From positions 1 through 64,000 of the forward strand of contig NIVC01000131.1 in the NCBI GenBank assembly GCA_002269645.1: a stretch of 64,000 nucleotides of DNA, written 5' to 3'. Each line of letters starts with the position of its first letter. The first letter of the stretch is position 1. The notes beneath the pieces are model-generated. The model saw only the letters and a list, made by a program, of their open reading frames with translations, was not told the DNA's origin and did not search any database. Origin of the DNA: Macrostomum lignano (Eukaryota). A program made the position numbers and the translations under genes. Positions 48,913 through 61,548 of this stretch are shown here, piece after piece.

Positions 48913-50301
48913 TCAATACAAGTCAGAGGCCGAGCTGCTTCGGCTGCTGTAGTAGTGCTGGGCAGAGAAGCTGTCTCTTGACCGGACCAGGCCAGAAAAG
49001 GGGCCTCGGTTGGTGAGCTGCTGCTGCTGCTGCTGCTGCACACGGTGGCGCTGGCAGGGGTGCAGCCGTGGCGGACTGCGCTCCGTCTCTGGTTCGAAGT
49101 CTGGCGTACGGCGGGAAGCGCCGCCGCCGCCGCCGCCACTGCCGCAGGCGTAGATTGTCGAATCTCCCAGCGGTGCCGGAGAGGACAGCGACTGCAAAAA
49201 CAGCGGCTGCTGGCTCTGCTTGCTGTGGCGCTGCTGGTACTGATTGTGCTGCTGCTGCTGCCACCACGGATGGCTGGATGACAACGGGGCCGTCCGCATT
49301 GAGATGCTCTGCTGTCTCTGTCGCTGCTGCTGCTGCTGCACTTGCGGTTGCTGCAGTTCCTGCACCGGCTGAGTCAGTTGCGGCTCCGATGGCGGCGGCT
49401 GTGTCGGCGGTGGTTCAGTTGTTGAGCGCCTTCTCTGCCCGCCGCCGCTGCCGCCGCTGCCGCCGTCAGCTGTTTGCTTCTTGCGTCGGGAGAGCGACGG
49501 AAAGAACAGCCGGCGGCGCCTGTGTCGCCGGGCATTGTCGGGCTTGGCCGCGTCCGTCTGGTTGGCGTTGGCAGGAGCGGCTTCCAACTGAGGCTGCGGT
49601 GGCTGCTGGATGAGGACCTGCAGCTGCGACAGCGGCGGCGTCTGGCCAGGCGGCCTTCGGCAGCAGCCCTGGCGGGACTCCGGACTGGCCGAGCTCACCG
49701 GACAGCTGTGCGTAGCCACCAGGTCGGCGCCTTCGTCAGCTGCCCCGGTGCCTGCGGTCGCCGCGTCATCGGTGCGCACCCCCGTGGTGGTGGTGGCCGT
49801 CGCGGTGGCCGTCTGGCCCTCGCCGCCGTCCGTCTCCCAGTCAGGGCCACCGGCGCCCTCCTCGGCACTCGGCTGCTCATCCTCGGGCCTGTAGATTCTG
49901 GTTAGCGAGGCCAGCGGTACGGCGCGGCCGCAGTTGCCGCCGAGTGGCGGCGGCGGCTTGTAGGGCCGCTGGCAGGCCGAGTAGCCGGCGGCCCCAAGCG
50001 GCAGGGCGGGCGGTCTGGCCGAGCAGCAGCCGGCCACGTTGGGGTGCGCGGAGCAGCAGACCTGCCTGGCGTCGGAGTCATCGTCCTGCTGGCCTGGGCA
50101 GAGGTTCTGCTGCTTGACAGAGTGCGAGCGGCCGCAGTGCTGCCCGCCAGCCTGAGTCGGCGGCGCCTGTTGCTGCGTGGACTGCTGCTGCCTCTGCCAG
50201 CCTCTGTTGTTCGCGTTCGACGGCATCGGCTGGAATTTTGGAAACGAACGACTGTCGATTGACGACCTGCCCGACGCCGTCGCCCTGCCCGCTGCTGCCA
50301 T
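48913..50301 (-). CDS. Putative low-complexity (Q/P/R/A-rich) disordered protein, 462 aa
   Basis: Long GC-rich ATG-initiated ORF with an acceptor-like atctcag| 16 nt upstream; no recognisable domain. Confidence 0.4.
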   Translation of the reverse strand: MAAAGRATASGRSSIDSRSFPKFQPMPSNANNRGWQRQQQSTQQQAPPTQAGGQHCGRSHSVKQQNLCPGQQDDDSDARQVCCSAHPNVAGCCSARPPALPLGAAGYSACQRPYKPPPPLGGNCGRAVPLASLTRIYRPEDEQPSAEEGAGGPDWETDGGEGQTATATATTTTGVRTDDAATAGTGAADEGADLVATHSCPVSSASPESRQGCCRRPPGQTPPLSQLQVLIQQPPQPQLEAAPANANQTDAAKPDNARRHRRRRLFFPSLSRRKKQTADGGSGGSGGGQRRRSTTEPPPTQPPPSEPQLTQPVQELQQPQVQQQQQRQRQQSISMRTAPLSSSHPWWQQQQHNQYQQRHSKQSQQPLFLQSLSSPAPLGDSTIYACGSGGGGGGASRRTPDFEPETERSPPRLHPCQRHRVQQQQQQQLTNRGPFSGLVRSRDSFSAQHYYSSRSSSASDLY

Positions 50302-50666
50302 TAGCGAGGGTGCAGAGCTGAGATAAATCGGCTGTGTTGACTTCTTTTTCTGACGTCCCTCTGCGGCTGTGCTGGGCCTAAGCGAATTCAGTATTAATAA
50401 AATCGTGCAGAACTTTGCCTTCGCCCCCCTGGGGCCCAGCGCTTCCCCGCCCGGTCATGTCTATGGCCCGAAGGCCCCTCATCAGTGTGCCAGATGCATT
50501 TCTAATAGACTGAGTCTGAGACATGCTTTGCTTGCTTCTTCTTTCTTGCTTAAACAGTGTAGTTTAAACATTTGAGGGAATTCAAATTTTTGGGTGAATG
50601 AGAATTTTTAGTTATGCGAAGATACCCACCGACAAACCATTTTTAGTATATTAGATTGTGATTGTG

Positions 50667-52412
50667 AAGCAGGATGTTTGTGTCTGCAGGATGTTTGTGT
50701 CTGCAGGATGTTTGTGTCTGCAGGATGTTTGTGTCTGCAGGATGTTTGCGTCTGCAGGATGTTTGTGTCTGCAGGATGTTTGCGTCTGCAGGATGTTTGT
50801 GTCTGCAGGATGTTTGTGTCTGCAGGATGTTTGTGTCTGCAGGATGTTTGTGTCTGCAGGATGTTTGTGTCTGCAGGATGTTTGTGTCTGCAGGATGTTT
50901 GTGTCTGCAGGATGTTTGTGCCTGCAGGATGTTTGTGTCTGCAGGATGTTTGTGTCTGCAGGATGTTTGTGTCTGCAGGATGTTTGTGTCTGCAGGATGT
51001 TTGTGCCTGCAGGATGTTTGTGTCTGCAGGATGTTTGTGCCTGCAGGATGTTTGTGTCTGCAGGATGTTTGTGTCTGCAGGATGTTTGTGTCTGCAGGAT
51101 GTTTGTGTCTGCAGGATGTTTGTGCCTGCAGGATGTTTGTGTCTGCAGGATGTTTGTGTCTGCAGGATAAAGGGGGGCCGTAGCCCAGCGGTAGCGCAGG
51201 CTCTGGTGTGCCAGCGACCCAGGCTCGATTCCAAGTGCAGTCATTAATTTGGGGCTGAATTGGAATCTCGGCTTGGCTCTGCTCGTGCAATTAACGACCT
51301 TGAGAGCCAACCCCCCAAGGCGCAGTAAAGTGTACATGCCTAACGATAAAATAAAGTTAGGGCCGCTGTACACTCCTGTGTGTGTGTGCCTGCGTACGTA
51401 TCCGCGCGTTTGTATGCCTGCTCAGGGGAGTCGGCAGAATGGGCAGTAATGCCTCTCGCAGGTTGTGTGCCTATGTCGCTTAAAGTGCGCCAGGGTGCAC
51501 ACAACCCCCCTGCCTCTAATAAAAAAAAGTCTGCAGGATAGATGCTTGTGTCTGCAGGATGTTTGTGTCTGCAGGATGTTTGTGTCTGGAGGATGTTTGT
51601 GTCTGGAGGATGTTTGTGTCTGGAGGATGTTTGTGTCTGGAGGATGTTTGTGTCTGGAGGATGTTTGTGTCTGGAAGATAGATGCTTGTGTCTGCAGGAT
51701 GTTTGCGTCTTCAGGATGTTTGTGTCTGCAGGATGTTTGTGTCTGGAGGATGTTTGCGTCTGCAGGATGTTTGTGTCTGCAGGATGTTTGTGTCTGCAGG
51801 ATGTTTGCGTCTGCAGGATGTTTGTGTCTGGAGGATGTTTGTGTCTGGAGGATAGATGCTTGTGTCTGCAGGATGTTTGCGTCTGCAGGATGTTTGTGTC
51901 TGCAGGATGTTTGTGTCTGCAGGATGTTTGTGTCTGGAGGATGTTTGTGTCTGCAGGATGTTTGTGTCTGCAGGATGTTTGTGTCTGCAGGATGTTTGTG
52001 TCTGGAGGATGTTTGCGTCTGCAGGATGTTTGTGTCTGGAGGAGTTTGTGTCTGGAGGATGTTTGCGTCTGCAGGATGTTTGTGTCTGGAGGATGTTTGT
52101 GTCTGCAGGATGTTTGTGTCTGCAGGATGTTTGTGTCTGCAGGATGTTTGTGTCTGCAGGATGTTTGTGTCTGCAGGATGTTTGTGCCTGCAGGATGTTT
52201 GTGTCTGCAGGATGTTTGTGCCTGCAGATGTTTGTGTCTGCAGGATGTTTGTGTCTGGAGGATAGATGCTTGTGTCTGCAGGATAGATGCTTGTGTCTGC
52301 AGGATAGATGCTTGTGTCTGCAGGATAGATGCTTGTGTCTGCAGGATAGATGCTTGTGTCTGCAGGATAGATGCTTGTGTCTGCAGGATAGATGCTTGTG
52401 TCTGCAGGATGT
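50667..52412. repeat. 17-bp satellite (CTGCAGGATGTTTGTGT), split by a SINE
   Basis: Arrays at 50667-51169 and 51529-52412. Confidence 0.95.
51170..51528 (+). mobile_element. tRNA-derived SINE (~360 bp)
   Basis: A-box TAGCCCAGCGG, B-box GGCTCGATTCC, tRNA-like head, AATAAAAAAAA tail, 12-bp TSD GTCTGCAGGATA (51158-51169, 51529-51540). Confidence 0.8.
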
Positions 52413-52622
52413 TTGCTTTCAGAATGTTTTGGCTGCTGAATGTGTGTGTGTGTGTGTGTATTTTTAACCCCATAATCTAAGTACAATAAGTCAAGTACTA
52501 TGGTTTTTATAAGTAATTATAAGTGTCTCCGAGTAGCAAGGATTTATTTATTTGTAAAGTTTTGTTCAACCATCGGCATCTGGTTATGCTATGCAGAAAA
52601 TTTTGCCAGTTGTCAACCAGCT

Positions 52623-52834
52623 TCAACCAATCCAGGACAAAATCGTGTCCTTCGCATTTCTAAACAGCCGTCCAGTTTTTTCCACAATCCCCGCCATGAC
52701 TCGCTGCGCCTTCTGGCGTTTTAAGTTGGCCGTGTTGTACAGGTGCTGGACTGGCTGGAGGCAGCGCACGAACTCCAGGTCGCACCGGCACAGCTCTCGC
52801 TTGCACTTGGATTTGGCAGTTTTGCCGTTGTCAA
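52623..52834 (-). CDS. Secreted phospholipase A2 gene A, exon 3
   Basis: ttttcag|(V)DNGKTAKSKCKRELCRCDLEFVRCLQP..(CxCD, Asp99 equivalent)..ILSWIG*. Confidence 0.88.
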
Positions 52835-53088
52835 CTGAAAATTTGAAGGATCACTGAGGATGGAACAGCAGTTCAGTGGCAGGATTCTGCTTTCTTTCCG
52901 GTGTGCTGTACGCAGGCACGCTCTAATACACCGCTCACAAAGGGTGCACACAAAGGGGTTTGAATAACACGTAAACAACCCGCAGGACAATTTTCATGCA
53001 CAAACACCCCAAATGAATGTGGGTCGAACAAGGGGTTCTGACGCGAGAGTCAGGCGGGTTTACCGCAGAGCTGCCTCTGAATTCTTAC

Positions 53089-53222
53089 CGCAGAGTATCA
53101 GCCCGTTGTCCGCGTTCTGGTACGAGTACGCTGTTATGTACGTGCCGAACAAGAAGCCGCACTGGTTCCTTTTGTCTTTGGCGTTCAGTCTGCCGTAGCA
53201 GTGATCGTGCTGTAAGCAGCAG
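53089..53222 (-). CDS. Secreted phospholipase A2 gene A, exon 2
   Basis: ctccag|(A)CCLQHDHCYGRL.. catalytic His-Asp; donor |gtaaga. Confidence 0.9.
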
Positions 53223-53269
53223 CTGGAGTTGTCGATGCATTCGATGATGAGTTGAGCACATGCATTTAT

Positions 53270-54545
53270 CAAGCTGGGCACCATCTAGACAGGTATTTAT
53301 CCAACAGAACACCATCAGGTATTTATCCAACAGAACACCATCTAGACAGGTATTTATCCAACAGAACACCATCTAGACAGGTATTTATCCAACAGAACAC
53401 CATCTAGACAGGTATTTATCCAACAGAACACCATCTAGACAGCTATTTATCCAACAGAACACGATCTAGACAGGTATTTATCCAACAGAACACCATCTAG
53501 ACAGGTATTTATCCAACAGAACACCATCTAGACAGGTATTTATCAAGCTGGGCACCATCTAGACAGGTATTTATCCAACAGAACACCATCTAGACAGGTA
53601 TTTATCAAGCTGGGCACCATCTAGACAGGTATTTATCCAACAGAACACCATCTAGACAGGTATTTATCCGACAGAACACCATCTAGACAGGTATTTATCC
53701 AACAGAACACCATCTAGACAGGTATTTATCCAACAGAACACCATCTAGACAGGTATTTATCAAGCTGGGCACCATCTAGACAGGTATTTATCCAACAGAA
53801 CACCATCTAGACAGGTATTTATCAAGCTGGGCACCATCTAGACAGGTATTTATCCAACAGAACACCATCTAGACAGGTATTTATCCAACAGAACACCATC
53901 TAGACAGGTATTTATCAAGCTGGGCACCATCTAGACAGGTATTTATCCAACAGAACACCATCTAGACAGGTATTTATCCGACAGAACACCATCTAGACAG
54001 GTATTTATCCGACAGAACACCATCTAGACAGCTATTTATCCAACAGAACACCATCTAGACAGGTATTTATCCGACAGAACACCATCTAGACAGGTATTTA
54101 TCCGACAGAACACCATCTAGACAGGTATTTATCCAACAGAACACCATCTAGACAGGTATTTATCCAACAGAACACCATCTAGACAGGTATTTATCCGACA
54201 GAACACCATCTAGACAGGTATATCCGACAGAACACCATCTAGACAGGTATTTATCCAACAGAACACCATCTAGACAGGTATTTATCCGACAGAAAACCAT
54301 CTAGACAGGTATTTATCAAACAGAACACCATCTAGACAGGATTTATCCAACAGAACACCATCTAGACAGGTATTTATCCAACAGAACACCATCTAGACAG
54401 GTATTTATCCAACAGAACACCATCTAGACAGGTATTTATCCGACAGAACACCATCTAGACAGGTATTTATCCAACAGAACACCATCTAGACAGGTATTTA
54501 TCCAACAGAACACCATCTAGACAGGTATTTATCCGACAGAACATC
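53270..54545. repeat. 31-bp intronic minisatellite (CCATCTAGACAGGTATTTATCCAACAGAACA)
   Basis: About 41 copies filling PLA2-A intron 1. Confidence 0.95.
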
Positions 54546-54655
54546 ACAGAGACACGTATTAGACCCAATCTTACCCAATATTAACTCTATACACACTCGG
54601 CTATTAATCCAGTGAAGCTACACGCACCCTAATCATGCGTTCGTGCCACACTCAC

Positions 54656-54882
54656 GCGTCAATTTTATCGACCGGCTGTCCGCTGCCCTCTTTGCCGCAG
54701 TAGTTTCCGTAGCCGACGTAACTCGCGTAGCTCTGGCCCGTGGCAGCGCTCAGTACGTGGGCGAGCTGGTCGAGACGCCTGCGCTTGCGGACCAGGCGAG
54801 TAGAGTCCTCCTGCGCCTGTACCACCGCCGTTGCAATTACGAGTACAAGCAGAAGCGAGGCCAGACTGAGTGAAATTCTCAT
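54656..54882 (-). CDS. Secreted phospholipase A2 gene A, exon 1
   Basis: Signal peptide MRISLSLASLLLVLVIATAVVQA; RKRR/RLDQL; Ca2+ loop YGNYCGKEGSG..VDKID(A)|gtgagt. Confidence 0.9.
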
Positions 54883-54936
54883 GGCGCCTGAACTCTGAAA
54901 ATATGCAGAGCTGTATGTGGCTTTGGGTTACGGAAA

Positions 54937-55286
54937 AGGTGAGGTAGAGGTGACAGACAGCTGAGGATACAGGTGAGGTAGAGGTGACAGACAGCTGAGG
55001 ATACAGGTGGGGTAGAGGTGACAGACAGCTGAGGATACAGGTGAGGTAGAGGTGACAGACAGTTGAGGATACAGGTGGGGTAGAGGTGACAGACAGCTGA
55101 GGATACAGGTGGGGTAGAGGTGACAGACAGCTGAGGATACAGGTGAGGTAGAGGTGACAGACAGCTGAGGATACAGGTGAGGTAGAGGTGACAGACAGCT
55201 GAGGATACAGGTGGGGTAGAGGTGACAGACAGCTGAGGATACAGGTGGGGTAGAGGTGACAGACAGCTGAGGATACAGGTGGGGTA
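54937..55286. repeat. 34-bp intergenic minisatellite (GAGGTAGAGGTGACAGACAGCTGAGGATACAGGT)
   Basis: About 10 copies between the two PLA2 genes. Confidence 0.95.
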
Positions 55287-55448
55287 GTGCCAGGAGCTAA
55301 ATTACGTTGTAAAAATTAAAAATGAAGTTTCAAGAGGGACTCAAAACATTTTGCATCAGAGATCATATTTGGAAATTAACAGCTCATAGACTGTATTTCA
55401 CTGTCCAAGTCAGAGAAGTCACAATCGGTTATTGTGCTCAAAGCTTGC

Positions 55449-55666
55449 TCAAGCAGCCAGCAGGGACTCGACAATGCGCCACACCCAGTCGGCTACGCTC
55501 GGAGCAGTCTCGATCAGCAGCACCAGACTGCGAAGGTACTTCTGGCTCTCCTTCAGGTTCTCAATATTGTATTGATCCTTGATTGGGCGAAGGCAGTCGG
55601 CAAACACTTTGTCGCACTGGCACAGTTCGTACAAGCAGTTGGAGTAGTCGGTGCTACGATCATCCA
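55449..55666 (-). CDS. Secreted phospholipase A2 gene B, exon 3
   Basis: gtttcag|(L)DDRSTDYSNCLYELCQCDKVFADCLRP..WVWRIVESLLAA*. Confidence 0.88.
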
Positions 55667-55819
55667 CTGAAACACAATTAGATAGGGTGCGAGCTGGCGG
55701 GCTGAAGAGTCTTGGAGGTATAGATCTCGTCATCTATATCATGAGTGTGAACCATGCACTTTGAAGGCAGTTCCTCAGAGACAGAGGTGAAGACGGGAAC
55801 GCCAAGGACACAGGACGAC

Positions 55820-56385
55820 CTACGATACAGGAAGACCTAAGACCCAGGGGAAGACCAAAGACACAAGAAGACCTCAGACACAAGAAGACCTAAAAACACA
55901 CGAAGATCAAAGACACAAGAAGACCTAAGGCACAAGTAGACCAAAGACACAAGAAGACCAAAGATACAAGAAGATCTAGCTCGTAAGACACACGAAGATC
56001 AAAGACACAAGAAGACCTAAGGCACAAGTAGACAAAGGACACACGAAGACCTCAGACACAAGAAGACCTAAGACACAAGAAGACCTCAGACACAAGAAGA
56101 CCTAAGACACAAGAAGACCTAAGACACAAGAAGACCTAAAAACACAAGAAGACCTAAAAACACAAGAAGACCTAAAAACACAAGAAGACCTAAAAACACA
56201 AGAAGACCTAAAAACACAAGAAGACCTAAAAACACAAGAAGACCTAAAAACACAAGAAGACCAAAGACACAAGAAGACCTAAGGCACAAGTAGACAAAAG
56301 ACGCACGAAGACCTAAGACACAAGAAGACCAAAGACACAAGTAGACAAAAGATCCACGAAGTCCTAAGACACAAGAAGACCTTGA
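55820..56385. repeat. ~19-20 bp intronic repeat (AAGACACAAGAAGACCT)
   Basis: Imperfect tandem copies in PLA2-B intron 2. Confidence 0.9.
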
Positions 56386-56445
56386 GATAGGAAAAGAGGA
56401 AATGAAGAGGCAGGAACTGAAAATGCACATCAAAGAAGTTCTTAC

Positions 56446-56591
56446 GGCACTCCAGTTGGCCGTTGCTCTTCTCCTTGTAGTTAAACCTGGACAGGTACTG
56501 ATTGAACACGGGGCCGCTGCCTGAGCCGCACTTTCCAGCGTTCTTCTTTTCCATCAGATCATCGTAGCAGTAGTCGTGCACCTGGCAGCAC
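56446..56591 (-). CDS. Secreted phospholipase A2 gene B, exon 2
   Basis: taacag|(A)CCQVHDYCYDDL..GQLEC|gtaaga. Confidence 0.9.
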
Positions 56592-56929
56592 CTGTTAATT
56601 TTATAGTTGTAAGCATTTTTCGCTCTGCTTTATGCAAGAGAAACAGAATTATTTTCAGGTGAGGTAACGCCTCCCTTTGCTGAAAATTGGGGCGGGGAAT
56701 TGCTTTTTGTTAGCTATTACCACTATTTGTAGATTGGGATACGCTTTTGACTAGTTTTTTGTGAACCACTTAAAATTTAGTTTGATTGGCTTCACTAGTT
56801 AGCAATTAGAATTTTAGGTAAACTTGACGTTTATTGAATTTGAAAAAGGAAATTGTTGAGTACATTTTCAATTAATTTAAAATTCCCTGTGCGAGCCATG
56901 CATTTATTAAGGGGCACCGCAATTCGAGA

Positions 56930-57321
56930 GAAGGGCACCATTTCATTTGAGAGGCGCCATTTCATTTGAGAGGCGCCATTTCATTTGAGAGGCGCCATTT
57001 CATTTGAGAGGCACCATTTCATTTGAGAGGCGCCATTTCATTTGAGAGGCGCCATTTCATTTGAGAGGCGCCATTTCGTTTGAGAGAGAGGCGCCATTTC
57101 ATTTGAGAGGTGCCATTTCATTTGAGAGAGAGAGGCACCATTTCATTTGAGAGGCGCCATTTCATTTGAGAGGTGCCATTTCATTTGAGAGAGAGAGGCA
57201 CCATTTCATTTGAGAGGCGCCATTTCATTTGAAAAGCACCATTTCATTTGAGAGGCGCCATTTCATTTGAGAAGCACCATTTCATTTGAGAGGCGCCATT
57301 TCATTTGAGAGGCGCCATTTC

Positions 57322-57409
<88 letters not shown>

Positions 57410-57415
57410 CACCAT
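56930..57415. repeat. ~19-bp satellite (GAGGCGCCATTTCATTTGA) ending in (GA)n; left half of the array
   Basis: Same unit as 61549-62745; (GA)n run at ~57327-57408. Confidence 0.93.
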
Positions 57416-60400
57416 GCATGCAAGGTGGGTTCAGCACGCCTGTGTAGCATGAGACAGACCAGGCCTACGAGCTAAGGTCTGCGATCCTACACACCTGCAC
57501 CCCCTCTATTCTGGTGCAGGAATGGCAGGAGAACTCTCTCCAAGCTGACTTACAAGCCGACCCAGGGGTTCACGCCCCGCATCTGTTCAAGGCAGCTCTA
57601 GGGCTGCTGGACTGACTGGGCTCCGGCGGCGGCAACCAAGGCCGACGAGCTGCGTCACCTGCTAGTGGCTACCAACCCGGAGCTACCGGCAAACGGTGTC
57701 GTAGTTCACGAGATCATCTCCAAGCCGGGAGGAGATGGTTTCACGGCTATTCTTGGACTGTCGGATAGCTGGATGCTCCGCTATCCGGACATGTCCATCA
57801 TCTCTGTCGGGCTGATGCAGATTCAGCTCTTTAGCTTTGAGTCTGACGCCACCCGCCCACCGCCCCCGGAGAAGCGTAAGCGGGCGAGCGGGGACTTTGC
57901 CGGGCGGAAACGCCCAGGAAAAGAAACTCCCGGTCGTCACGACCCCTCCGAGGACGTGGACCCCGTCGGGGGGAAAGCCGCGAAAGCTGCAGCAACAGGC
58001 GGACGTGGAAAGTGCCGGAAACCCGCCCGGAACACTATCCGCTCTGGTCTGACTCAGCGCGCGAAGCAGCTGCTGGACACCGCCAAGGCCCACAACCGCA
58101 GCAACCCCCAGCCCAGTGTCACCACTGCGGCCCCCCGGAAAACCGGGCCGAGAGCGAGAATGCCGCCCAGGTGGCGGCCCGCACTCGACCATGGAGACCA
58201 TCCGGGAGGAGCCCATGGAACTGGAGCCTGGAGCTATCGGCGATGCAGAAGAGGCGGCTCTCCTGCACAACTCGCCTTGAGCCGGCAGGAAGCTGCTCGG
58301 ACCACTCGTGGATTCCCCGGAGTGGACATCCTGCAGCTAAACCTACACCACTGCTTCGCGGCCTCGACCAACCTGATGCGGGTGGCAAACTTTGTGAAAC
58401 CGGACATTATCCTAATCCAGGAGCCCTGGACAAAGAAAGGTAAGATTCTGAATATTCCTGCTGGTTTTGACTGTTTTCAAGACCCCCAAAACCCCAGAGC
58501 AGCCATGTTCGTGTCTACCCATCTCAAAGCTTGGCACAGACCGGACCTCTCTGACAGAGACCTCTGTGCCATTCAGTCCAACCACATTATCACCAACCGC
58601 ACGGTCATCATCGCCTCGATTTATATCCCTGGCGATGGCCCCGCGGTTCCACCCAACCTCATCTCCCTCGTGGACTACTGCTCTAACCGTAGGTTCGAGC
58701 TGCTGGTGGCGGGCGACGTCAACGCTCACCACACCCACTGGGGCAGCAATACTTCCAACAGCAGAGGCGAGGAACTCCTTGCTTACATCTGCACCACCAA
58801 TACTGAGTTCTGCAACATTGGTGGAACCCCCACCTTTGACAACGGGCAATGGACGGAGGCCCTCGACGTTACCCTCGTCTCCCATGGCTTGACTCCTTTA
58901 GTCAAGGACTGGGAGGTTTGGGACGAAGAGGAATCTCTGTCTGACCTTGCAGACTTGCTCAGCAAGACCGTCCTGACAGCCCATGAGGCTTCCTGTCCTC
59001 TTAAAGCCTACAAAGGCAAAAAATCCGCCCCCTGGTGGCACCCGGCGCTTGGATCCCTCCGGCGCAAGGCAAAGTGCCTCCAACGGAAAGCTCGCAAGAG
59101 CAAGGACCCAGCTGACCTGGCCGCCTATCAAGAAGCGATTCGCGACTTTAAGCGTGAAACCAGGAAAGCCAAGTCCGACAAATGGCGCCAATACTGCGCG
59201 GAGTTAGAAGGCACCCGCCCTAATTCACGCGAGGCCCTCACCCTCGACAAAATGTCAAAGCTCTCAGTCATTAAAAGACCGGATGGCCGGCTCGCTGAGA
59301 ACCCTGGGGAATCGCTGGACATCATGCTCACCAGCTCTTTTTTCCCACGTGCCGCACCGCAGCTAGGCCCACCGGACCACTCTCCGGGCGGACAGATCCT
59401 GGCTTCGACCATCATTACTAGAGAGAGGACGGCTCGCGCCACAGAATCCTTCTGTCCTTTCAAGTCACCGGGACCTGACAACATTTATCTTGCCTTCCTC
59501 GATGAGGCAGTTAAAAATGACAGGTTTCTCGGCCTCCTCTGCAACCTCTTCAAGGCCAGCATTACCCTCGGGTATGTGCCAAAAGCCTGGCAAGAGGCTA
59601 CGGTAGTCTTCATACCCAAGCCAGGCAAGGGAGACTATCACTCTGCCAAAGCTTACCGCCCTATCAGTCTGACGTCTTTCTTCCTCAAACTGATGGAACG
59701 GCTGGTGCCCTAGCGCCTTCTCCTCGTAGAGCTGAGGAACTCCCCGCTCTCCCCTAATCAGCACGCCTTTCGTCCTGGACGCTCCATCGAAAGTGCGCTG
59801 CACGCAATTGTCGACAAGCTGGAGCGCGCCGTACTTTGCAGTGGATACGCGCTGTCGCTTTTCCTCGACATTGATGGTGCTTTTAATAATGTGCTCTTTG
59901 AAGCCTTTAAGCGGGCCCTGGAATCCCGGGGCACGCACGAGCACCTCACTCGCTGGATCATGTACATGGTCTCCCATCGTACTGCCACCTCGCACCTCCT
60001 GGGACACTCACGCTCCATGGAGGTCCAGAAAGGCGGACCGCAAGGTGGAGTCCTCAGCCCGATCCTCTGGAATTTAGTCATGGACGAGCTGCTTTGCAGC
60101 CCGCATCCGGACCCAGTTCAGGAGGTCGGCTATGCGGACGATGTTACCGTCACTGTGGCTGGACCATCACCCGCGGTCCTCAGGGACCTCCTTCAAGCCT
60201 TCATCCACCGTGCCGAGCGCTGAGCACATAGCTGCGGTCTCAGGTTCTCTGAGTCTAAAACCGTGGCTATCATGTTCACCAGCCGCCGAAACTGAGGATC
60301 GAACCGCTCTCCCTCTATGGCAAACCTGTTGCCATGGAGAAACAAACCAGATGTCTGGGCGTCACCCTCGACCACAGGTTGAGCTGGACCCCGCACGTCC

Positions 60401-61548
60401 AAACCAAAGCCCGCAAAGCTCTCGCGACTCTCGCGCAGATCCGCGGAGCTTTCGGTGCTACCTGGGGCCTCACCCCCGCCGCCTTCGGTGGATCTACACT
60501 GCCATTGTTAGACCGGCCATCTCCTTCGCCGGCTTCATTTGGAATAGTGCCCTAGAGGTGAAAGGGGTTCTTGAGGTTCTAAATAGGGTGCAAGGCCGCG
60601 CTTGTCGAGCTATCATGAGCGCGGCTCCCTCTACGCCCTTTGCCGGCATGAACTCCTTCTTGGACATTCCCCCTCGACCTCTTTGTTAGAGGGGAGGCAA
60701 TGAGAACAACCCGCCGTCTGCTTGACCAAATCCAAATCCAAATCAACTTCGCCTCTGGCTACGGCTACTGCATCGTGTCTGGAGGGAGAACTGTGGCGAC
60801 CTTCTCCCAACACACCGGCACCTGCTCACCGTCTTCCAGAACGAAGTTCTCGCCATCAGCTCCTGCGCCATGGAGCTGTACAATCAGCGCGTCTGGGGGA
60901 AGGAGATAACCCTCCACTCAGACAGTCAAGCGGCGATTCACGCCCTTGAGCGCACCACCACCTGCTCGCGTACAGTCCTCGACTGCATCGCCTGGCCAAG
61001 GCTGGCTCGACCGGTTCTTTCACTGGTCCCCTGCCCGTGGCCCCCCACCCCCATCGCCGTTGTCACCACTCGGATCAAACAGTGGGTGGCTTCTAAGCAC
61101 AGGGAGAGGTGGGCTAACGCCCCCGACTGCCGGCAATCCCGCGCGGCTGTCCCCTGTCCTTCCTCCGCCCTGCGCAGGGCCCTGCTTGGACTCAACCGCA
61201 GGGACATCAGGACGGTGACCATGGCCCTCTAGGGTCATGGCTGCTTTGCCAGGCATCGTCACCTCCAGGGGAAAATCCGCAGTGAGGAGTGCCCTTTCTG
61301 CCTCTCCGGTGTCGAGAATGCGGAGCACTTCATCTGTGAATGCCCCGCCTTTACTCAGGACAGGCTCACCTACCTCGGCCCAAACCCGGACCTCTCCGAC
61401 GTTTTCAGGCCCGAGAATCTCTGCCAGCTCATCCGCTATCTAAGGGCTACCGGGCGAGCGACAATCCACCTCCTAGCGAAATGGGCGGCAACGCCTCCTC
61501 GCTGTTTCCGGACGCACGGAGACCCTGCAGCTAAGTAAAGTAAGTCAA
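57416..61548 (+). mobile_element. LINE of LOA/Lian-like type (APE-RT-RNase H-CCHC), degenerate, antisense in PLA2-B intron 1
   Basis: ILQLNLHH..IQEPW..GDVNAHHTHWGS (APE); SPGPD..GGPQGGVLSPILWNLV..YADD (RT); HSDSQAAI (RNase H); [12 protein letters not shown]; stop codons at 59711 and later; 11-bp TSD AGAGGCACCAT (57405-57415, 61549-61559); TAAG-like tail. Confidence 0.92.

Noticed and set aside
51174-51245. Functional tRNA gene
   Set aside because: Poor acceptor and anticodon stem pairing; continues into a SINE body with A-tail and TSD.
43034-52486. Long repetitive ORFs (ETRLEPVWKPD, LLGCKPLLV, ADTNILQTQTSCRHKHP)
   Set aside because: All arise from 22/23-, 27- and 17-bp tandem repeats that lack stop codons.
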